Below are positions 26,550-32,000 of a stretch of DNA of 32,000 nt, piece by piece. How positions within the stretch are numbered: position 1 is the stretch's first letter; the number at the start of each line of letters is the position of its first letter. The DNA comes from Nitrosospira multiformis ATCC 25196 (lineage in GTDB: Bacteria > Pseudomonadota > Gammaproteobacteria > Burkholderiales > Nitrosomonadaceae). The stretch covers positions 1,950,001-1,982,000 of the forward strand of contig NC_007614.1 of assembly GCF_000196355.1 (NCBI RefSeq), read 5' to 3'. The translations under genes and the position numbers were made by a program. The notes beneath the pieces are model-generated. The model was not told where the DNA came from, made no database searches, and saw only the letters and a list, made by a program, of their open reading frames with translations.

Positions 26550-27545
26550 CTAGAATATTGCACGTAAGGATGAGGCAATTCTTTTGCAAATCCTTACAAG
26601 GTTGGACGTGCAGTCTCCCGCCTTGCGTCTCCAGACGGTCTGAACAGGATTACTGCCCATCCCTTGCCAAACCCAGAAGCTGATCACCCGGCAGAATATT
26701 CCGGGAGAATGGAGGGAAGGAAGAGCGGTACCGCTCCCGCTGTTCCTGAAAATCTCGTCCTTCGTTATGTGTTGCCCGAACGCCATGCCGCCGTATGTCT
26801 CGGCAGATCTTAATGGCCAGATTGGCTGTTCTATATCGATAAGATGGACGTTGCAGTATCGGCCGCCGGTATCGAGCCGCAGCTGATTGGGAAGTGTTTT
26901 GGCAATCAGGAGGAAGATGGCGCCGAAGGCTGCGGCAGCCGGATTGTTTCCCGATGCGATGGCAATCGCCGCGGCGACCGCGGATATTTTTGCAATATTT
27001 CTGCGTCTCCCGGTTTTGCCGACTTCAAGAGCGGGAAAGCTCTGAACCTTGTCGGTATGCTCCAGCGCATAGTTAAATCCAAGCTCCGCCGCTTCGTCGT
27101 CTGTCTTCCCTGCAGCCCGGGGAAAAACAGCCTGGCACATTGCCAGGATTTGGTTTAGGTTCCGTTCGCAGGCTCCGAGGATCGTTGCCGATGCCGCCAC
27201 GGCTCCGCAGGCGATTTGCTGGGGGCGAGTGCCTGCTGCAGCCCATTGCGCCGCATTTGCCACCGCGTTCGAAATGGTTTCGCTTACGACGCGCATGTTG
27301 TCCGCATTCAGGAGTCCTATGACTTCCGCTGAATGGTCCTTGTCGTAGTGGCTGACAAGAATGTGATCGAGGGAGTAACCGTAACCCCTGAGGATGGGAT
27401 CGATAAAGTTGTGGACTGTCTCGGCATACCCGAGTAGCCCGCCCTCGATCAATATCGTCCGGTGTCGCCCGGCTGCCACGTCTGCCGCAACCACGAGCGC
27501 ACTTTCTCCCTGCCCGACGTCAATCGTATGAATGGTGAGTTGCAT
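26550..27545 (-). CDS. MBL-fold (ComEC-type beta-lactamase-like) protein with an Ala-rich insert, probably 3'-truncated
   Basis: The N-terminus reads TIHTIDVGQGESALVV....ILIEGG...HILVSHYDKDH, the HxHxDH-type motif. The later metal-ligand motifs expected in this fold are not seen. The last ~50 codons look like non-native read-through across a junction. Confidence 0.6.
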   Translation of the reverse strand: MQLTIHTIDVGQGESALVVAADVAAGRHRTILIEGGLLGYAETVHNFIDPILRGYGYSLDHILVSHYDKDHSAEVIGLLNADNMRVVSETISNAVANAAQWAAAGTRPQQIACGAVAASATILGACERNLNQILAMCQAVFPRAAGKTDDEAAELGFNYALEHTDKVQSFPALEVGKTGRRRNIAKISAVAAAIAIASGNNPAAAAFGAIFLLIAKTLPNQLRLDTGGRYCNVHLIDIEQPIWPLRSAETYGGMAFGQHITKDEIFRNSGSGTALPSLHSPGIFCRVISFWVWQGMGSNPVQTVWRRKAGDCTSNLVRICKRIASSLRAIF

Positions 27546-27660
27546 GGCGATGAGCTTTCAAGTTTTCCCCCTTCCAAGATAAACAGGTAACTCGCACACC
27601 GAGAGGGTCCAACTGCGTGCTATCACGCTGCAACGGCTGATAGACGGGCGATTATGAAGT

Positions 27661-27688
27661 GCGAATGACCGATTCAGCGGTCATTCGC
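27661..27688. repeat. Hairpin-forming inverted repeat (10-bp perfect stem, 8-nt loop)
   Basis: GCGAATGACC gattcagc GGTCATTCGC. No U-tract follows on either strand. Confidence 0.5.
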
Positions 27689-27772
27689 GCCACTCTCCAC
27701 AGTGGTCTTCGACTGATCGGCATACGTTTAAGGGATGCCAGCAGCCAGTGTGGAATCAAAATTACCACACTC

Positions 27773-27856
27773 GTTGTAAGAGAACTATGATGGACAGGTG
27801 AGCGATTTGTGAAAGTTGTAAGAAAACTATGATGGATAAGTGGTCAATTTGTGAAT
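27773..27856. repeat. Imperfect 42-bp tandem duplication between pelG and the MBL-fold gene
   Basis: GTTGTAAGAGAACTATGATGGACAGGTGAGCGATTTGTGAAA is followed by GTTGTAAGAAAACTATGATGGATAAGTGGTCAATTTGTGAAT. By my hand alignment, 35 of 42 positions are identical. Confidence 0.85.
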
Positions 27857-28140
27857 ACCGCAACCTGAATCATTCAAGTCGAGAAGTGTGGGCGACTGTG
27901 GAGTTCCGTATCACAGAGGGAAGCACTAGAGAGGAAAGTGCGGGAGGGGAAGTGCTGACCGAAGCGCAGGCGTTCATTGCATGGCGTGGCGCGAGGGGGT
28001 TTATCGATGGCGCAGAATCCCGTGCTGGCCGTCAGCGTCCATACAGGCGAGACTCTCCATCTCATGATTCGAGCCATTCCCGTTAAATGACTTTGTCATG
28101 ATTGGTCTGCTATGCACCTGGTATTTATGAGAGATGCGGG

Positions 28141-29511
28141 CTAACCCTGCAGCATGAATGTCTCATACTCCAGCCGGTTGAACTTATGCGAGAGGATGAA
28201 GAGACCGAGAAATGCGGACAGCGTAACGGATACTGCAAAGCCGTATCCGAAGGATTCGGCTCCTAGTTGCAGCGTGGCAACGGTGAACAGCAGGTTGGTG
28301 ATAAAAAAACATGCCGTAACGATCAATACTTCCCGCCGGGCGTCGAGATAAAAAAGTATGTTGAGTATCGCCATCAGCAGCACCTGCACACTGACTGCGA
28401 CCACATCGATATAAAACAAATGAATGTAGAGCGGGGATATGCCAATGGTTTGCAGCAGGCCCCTGCCCCACAGAAGGCACAACACCACCGTCAGACCCTG
28501 CACTTTGAAGATTTCGTAGATACCTTGCCGGGCAGCGTACACCATCCGGTCACGCCTATATTCGATATGCATGAGCGTGTCGCCTTCACGCACGGCACGG
28601 TAAAAACGTTCGTGCTGTTCGGCAAAATCCGCTTCTATGCTTACCAGAAATACGGCCATCCCCGGCAGGATGAATAGATATGCCAGAAAAATGGGAAGAT
28701 CGTAGATGATGGATGCGCGCAAGGGACCGATGACCACCTCGGAAGTATAGGGCACGAACCAGAAGATGAATTTGTCGATCCACACCGCCAGGTAATAGAG
28801 CGTGCCGACCGCAAACAGGCTGTAAAAGCTCCGGCTTCGATCGAGAAAGTCAAACTTGAGCAGAGAATTTCCGGGATATTCCCGCACGATATGATGCAGG
28901 AAGGAAAACAGCAGATAGCCGTGACCGGTCAGCACACCGAGCAACAGGCCGTTGAGTTCCCATGGAGATGCAAGGAGTCCGACTGCAATTCCCAGGGAGT
29001 AACCCTTGGCCAAAGTCCAGATGATTCGCCCATACGCCTTCATCCCCGACAGGAAAATGAGGACAATCCACATCCCGCTCAGCACAACAAAATTGCACAG
29101 CAGCAACAGTTGCTGGAAAAATGGTCCCGTGAAAAGCGAGAAGATAAAGGGCGCTGCCCACGCAAAGCCACCCGCCATGGTCAACATCAGGACGCCGAAC
29201 AGATTGGGCAGCACCTCTGCCTTGTCACCGGCATAAGTCCGGTCCGCGACGAACCGAGTGAACATGAGCTGCATACCCCCGGTCCAGATCAGTGAACTCG
29301 CCATCATATAGGTAACGCAGATCTGGAAGGCATTGACCTCGCGCTGTTCCACACCCAGCATGACGGCAAGGACGCCTATCATCATGATGCTCAAAATCGA
29401 GAGCACCCATGGACCACCGCTGACCAGGCCCGCATAACCATAGGCTCGCAACACCGACCAGTAATTGTCGCGCTCCAGGATTTTGCGGATTTCGAAACCG
29501 ATACCGGCCAT
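28141..29511 (-). CDS. pelG: Pel polysaccharide biosynthesis membrane protein PelG
   Basis: The N-terminus MAGIGFEIRKILERDNYWSVLRAYGYAGLVSGGPWVLSI closely resembles P. aeruginosa PelG. It is a 456-aa polytopic membrane protein located downstream of pelF. Confidence 0.9.
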   Translation of the reverse strand: MAGIGFEIRKILERDNYWSVLRAYGYAGLVSGGPWVLSILSIMMIGVLAVMLGVEQREVNAFQICVTYMMASSLIWTGGMQLMFTRFVADRTYAGDKAEVLPNLFGVLMLTMAGGFAWAAPFIFSLFTGPFFQQLLLLCNFVVLSGMWIVLIFLSGMKAYGRIIWTLAKGYSLGIAVGLLASPWELNGLLLGVLTGHGYLLFSFLHHIVREYPGNSLLKFDFLDRSRSFYSLFAVGTLYYLAVWIDKFIFWFVPYTSEVVIGPLRASIIYDLPIFLAYLFILPGMAVFLVSIEADFAEQHERFYRAVREGDTLMHIEYRRDRMVYAARQGIYEIFKVQGLTVVLCLLWGRGLLQTIGISPLYIHLFYIDVVAVSVQVLLMAILNILFYLDARREVLIVTACFFITNLLFTVATLQLGAESFGYGFAVSVTLSAFLGLFILSHKFNRLEYETFMLQG

Positions 29512-29520
29512 ATAGTTACA

Positions 29521-31101
29521 TCAGTTCGCTACTGCCGGATGCCGCGGTACACTCAAGGCTTCCGAGTAGACTTCCCGATAAGATGAAAACATGAGTTGGT
29601 CGTTATAATAGCGTTTCACGCGTGCAAGCCCCGCCTGCTGCGCAGCACTCCACTTCTCCGGGTTGTTGAGCAGTTCGAGGGCTGCTTTTGCCGTGCCTTC
29701 TGGATCGGCAATGTGCACCACACTACCCGCCGCCCCCAATGCCCGGTCCTGCTCGGCCGCTCCTTCGATGAGCTCCCGGCAGGACCCTACATCCGTCGCA
29801 AGGCAGGGAACACCGCTGGCGAAAGCCTCGAGTATTACCAGCGGCAGAGCTTCACTGATCGAGGTCAGTACCATCAGGCCAAGCTGGGGCAGAATTTCCA
29901 GCATATTTTGAAAGCCCATGAATCTGAGATGATTCCCCAGGCCGAGACTTTCGGCCAGTTCCTTGCATTCATTCACATACAACGGATCTTCGTCCTCCGG
30001 GCCGACAACCCATCCTTGCGCGTCAGGACGCTCCTTGACCAGCATCCGCAATGTCCGGATGAACGTTTTGATATCCTTGATCGGCACCACGCGCCCGACC
30101 AGTCCCAGCACCGGTGGAATCTTTTCCGGTCTTTTTTCGAGTGCGTCGCGATAGCGTTCCACATTGAGGCCGTTGGTAATGATACGTGTTTTTTCCGGGA
30201 CTGCTCCGTCGGCAATCTGTCTCAACCGATTCCCTTCATACAGGCTGATAATGGGCGAAGCCTGCGCGTACGCCATGCGCCCCAGCTGCTCGTAGAATCT
30301 GATCCAGAGGCCCCGGATATATCCCATTTCCTCATGCAGCGTATTGCATACATCGTCATTGTGATCATGGATCCAGGTAGCCTGCGCCAAGTCGATTTTC
30401 CGCTCCTTGGTATAGATTCCGTGCTCGGTGAGCACGAAAGGAATGTTTCGCCGCAGCCGTATCATCGCGCCCAGCAGGCCTGCATAACCAGTCGAAATGG
30501 CATGCACTGCCCGAACCGGTGGAAGCCCGGTCGCAATATCGGCCAGCACGAACAAAGGTGCATGCATTGCACGTATCGACCAGAAATAGTCCACAAACGA
30601 GGGTTCAGTACAGCGCTCTTTATACTGTCGGGTAATGTAATCCCAGGAAGCTTCGCTATACAGAAAATCCTCCTGACTGATGCCACCCTTGGAGCCCAAT
30701 CGCGCAAACGCATCAATCATTTTCCTGTCAGCCAATTTCCCGGATTGCCGCATGATGGCGTGCAGTTCTTCCATTTCCTGGAAAGGCTGGCGGCTGCCCT
30801 TGCGGGCATGCGGCTTCCCATGGCTGCGGTGCAACAGATAGTGCGTTTCGACATGCGTCACATTCGGCGGAAACTGATATTGCGCCGGTCCATACATTTC
30901 CTTATTGCCGCCTATAAAGATCACGGCGAAGGTAAATTCCGGCAAACCGTTTATGATCTGGTGGACCCATGAAGATACCCCGCCACGGACATAAGGATAG
31001 GTGCCTTCCAGCAGCAGAGCAATATCCGCCACCGGTTCCAGAACCGATCCTGCTGCCCGTACCGTCCAGGGCTTCTCCGCCCCTGCCTGGATAACACTCA
31101 T
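29521..31101 (-). CDS. pelF: Pel polysaccharide glycosyltransferase PelF (GT4 family)
   Basis: DIALLLEGTYPYVRGGVSSWVHQIINGLPEFTF matches the PelF N-terminal signature. A GT4-type C-terminal half contains the block SISEALPLVILEAFASGVPCLATDVG. Confidence 0.9.
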   Translation of the reverse strand: MSVIQAGAEKPWTVRAAGSVLEPVADIALLLEGTYPYVRGGVSSWVHQIINGLPEFTFAVIFIGGNKEMYGPAQYQFPPNVTHVETHYLLHRSHGKPHARKGSRQPFQEMEELHAIMRQSGKLADRKMIDAFARLGSKGGISQEDFLYSEASWDYITRQYKERCTEPSFVDYFWSIRAMHAPLFVLADIATGLPPVRAVHAISTGYAGLLGAMIRLRRNIPFVLTEHGIYTKERKIDLAQATWIHDHNDDVCNTLHEEMGYIRGLWIRFYEQLGRMAYAQASPIISLYEGNRLRQIADGAVPEKTRIITNGLNVERYRDALEKRPEKIPPVLGLVGRVVPIKDIKTFIRTLRMLVKERPDAQGWVVGPEDEDPLYVNECKELAESLGLGNHLRFMGFQNMLEILPQLGLMVLTSISEALPLVILEAFASGVPCLATDVGSCRELIEGAAEQDRALGAAGSVVHIADPEGTAKAALELLNNPEKWSAAQQAGLARVKRYYNDQLMFSSYREVYSEALSVPRHPAVAN

Positions 31102-32000
31102 TTATTCCACCATGCTCTTACCAGAGCCAGTTCCCGCCCTTTCTCCCCAACACGTGCAAGCGCGGACAAACAGGCCTTTGCTTCGGTAAACTTCCGCTGC
31201 CGGAAAGCGATTTCGGCAAACCATGGCAACAGTTGTTGCTGATCCGCGCCATGGGTTTGTGCGTTGACAAAAGCCTTTCTCGCCAGGGCGGCTTCACCTG
31301 ATTCCAATAAAATCCGACCATACAACAACCAACTGTCGGCGTTCACGCTCCCGGATAGAGAGGACGCTTCACCCATCTCATGCTTGGGCGACGCCAGAGA
31401 GGCTTCGGATGCAGCACGCACAGAAGCCGATACAGATGCAGAGGGAACGTCGCGCCGCGTAATCGATGGCGAGCCCAATACGACCTCCATTTGTGTGCGG
31501 GCGTTTTTCAGCCAGTGCTGTCTGACAGCACCCTGTACCAGCTTGTGATATACCAGTTCCCAGCATAGCGCAGCGATCGTCTTGCGGCAGGCATTCTGTG
31601 CTCGTGGAGGAAGGTGTGGCAGCGCTTCGGTTAAAGCCAGGACGCGGTCAGTGAGCCTCTTTTCATGGGCATCCTTCATCGCATAGGCAAGCAGCCTTAC
31701 GTCATCGATCGGGTCGCGAGTAGCCTTCGACCAGATCTCCATGGCTTCTCTCGGCGACATATGCCGTGTTGCCATCACCGCTTTCAACCGCTTGAGCGAG
31801 CGCTGGGCAAAATGGACGATCTGGCGCAGGGCTCCCTGGCTGTAAGGGGGAACAGGGAAAATGACAGGGGGTGAAAAAGGCAGCTCAGGCAGGATTATGA
31901 TCTTTACATTCTTCGCGGAACGGGTCCGGGGCTGTTTCAATGCACGTGTTATGCTCCACAGCACGCCCAGCGCCCCGAAAACCGGCAGAATCCATAGAAA
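31098..32000 (-). CDS. pelE: PelE-like protein (TPR-like helical); the 5' end runs off the window
   Basis: The call rests on position immediately upstream of pelF, with an ATGA stop/start overlap at 31098-31101. The helical repeat C-terminus looks TPR-like. The frame stays open to position 32000 and encodes a TM-like FLWILPVFGALGVLW, so the track start at 31964 (GTG) is probably internal. Confidence 0.6.
   Translation of the reverse strand, partial: FLWILPVFGALGVLWSITRALKQPRTRSAKNVKIIILPELPFSPPVIFPVPPYSQGALRQIVHFAQRSLKRLKAVMATRHMSPREAMEIWSKATRDPIDDVRLLAYAMKDAHEKRLTDRVLALTEALPHLPPRAQNACRKTIAALCWELVYHKLVQGAVRQHWLKNARTQMEVVLGSPSITRRDVPSASVSASVRAASEASLASPKHEMGEASSLSGSVNADSWLLYGRILLESGEAALARKAFVNAQTHGADQQQLLPWFAEIAFRQRKFTEAKACLSALARVGEKGRELALVRAWWNK

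Noticed and set aside
26583-26597. Possible second IS6 inverted repeat (TTTGCAA...) that would make the RND operon a pseudo-compound transposon
   Set aside because: Only 7 nt match the IR-like 14-mer at 20621-20634 and the remainder diverges, which is consistent with chance.
26414-26683. 89-aa plus-strand ORF across the RND-stub/MBL junction
   Set aside because: It lies antisense to two recognisable minus-strand coding remnants and has no motifs.
15469-27856. Tandem repeats considered as a CRISPR array or minisatellite
   Set aside because: Each repeat has only two copies, the copies are directly adjacent with no spacers, and no cas genes are present.
27829-28086. 85-aa ORF starting in the second copy of the 42-bp repeat
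   Set aside because: It has no RBS, no recognisable domain and an Arg/Ser-rich tail. I kept it only as context for the repeat finding.
29596-30972. 458-aa ORF antisense to pelF
   Set aside because: pelF on the minus strand has unmistakable family motifs. The antisense product is Arg/His/Pro-rich with no recognisable features.

Overview
32-kb chromosomal segment from a Gram-negative bacterium. Lipoboxes, an RND efflux pump, a Pel locus and a PEP-CTERM protein suggest a beta- or gammaproteobacterium, but the taxon is only a guess. I support about 27 protein-coding genes or gene remnants and found no tRNA, rRNA or CRISPR array.

- **1-18.1 kb, ordinary, more G+C-rich genes:** a Cache/PAS/GGDEF/EAL c-di-GMP protein, a small lipoprotein, a YpfJ metallopeptidase, a DUF2591-like protein, and a two-HKD phospholipase-D/cardiolipin-synthase-like protein with a membrane tail. 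Next comes a PEP-CTERM low-complexity secreted protein behind a near-consensus sigma-54 promoter. The rest are DUF488, CreA, a CHRD protein, an Old-Yellow-Enzyme flavoprotein, a translationally coupled dihaem plus trihaem cytochrome c pair, a coiled-coil membrane protein followed by a RimK-like ATP-grasp ligase, and YqjG.
- **18.2-27.5 kb, a mosaic accessory patch:** a 357-aa orphan protein and a secreted 12-cysteine orphan protein, followed by a decayed IS6 (IS26-like) transposase remnant. A visibly A+T-richer RND operon (adaptor, pump, outer-membrane factor) follows, and its first gene is fused by an ATGA overlap to a 44-codon N-terminal stub of a different RND pump. An MBL-fold gene beyond it looks truncated at its 3' end.
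- **28.1-32.0 kb:** pelG, pelF and a partial pelE (the end of a pel exopolysaccharide operon).

Three short perfect or near-perfect tandem duplications (20, 13 and 42 bp) sit on or next to translation starts. The 20-bp one duplicates the GTG start of the ATP-grasp gene and creates a 7-codon leader ORF whose stop overlaps the real start.

The best candidates for undescribed biology are the membrane-protein/ATP-grasp pair with its duplicated start, the two orphan genes beside the IS remnant, and the promoter/leader-capture architecture of the RND operon. All family assignments come from motif recognition by eye; no database search was run.
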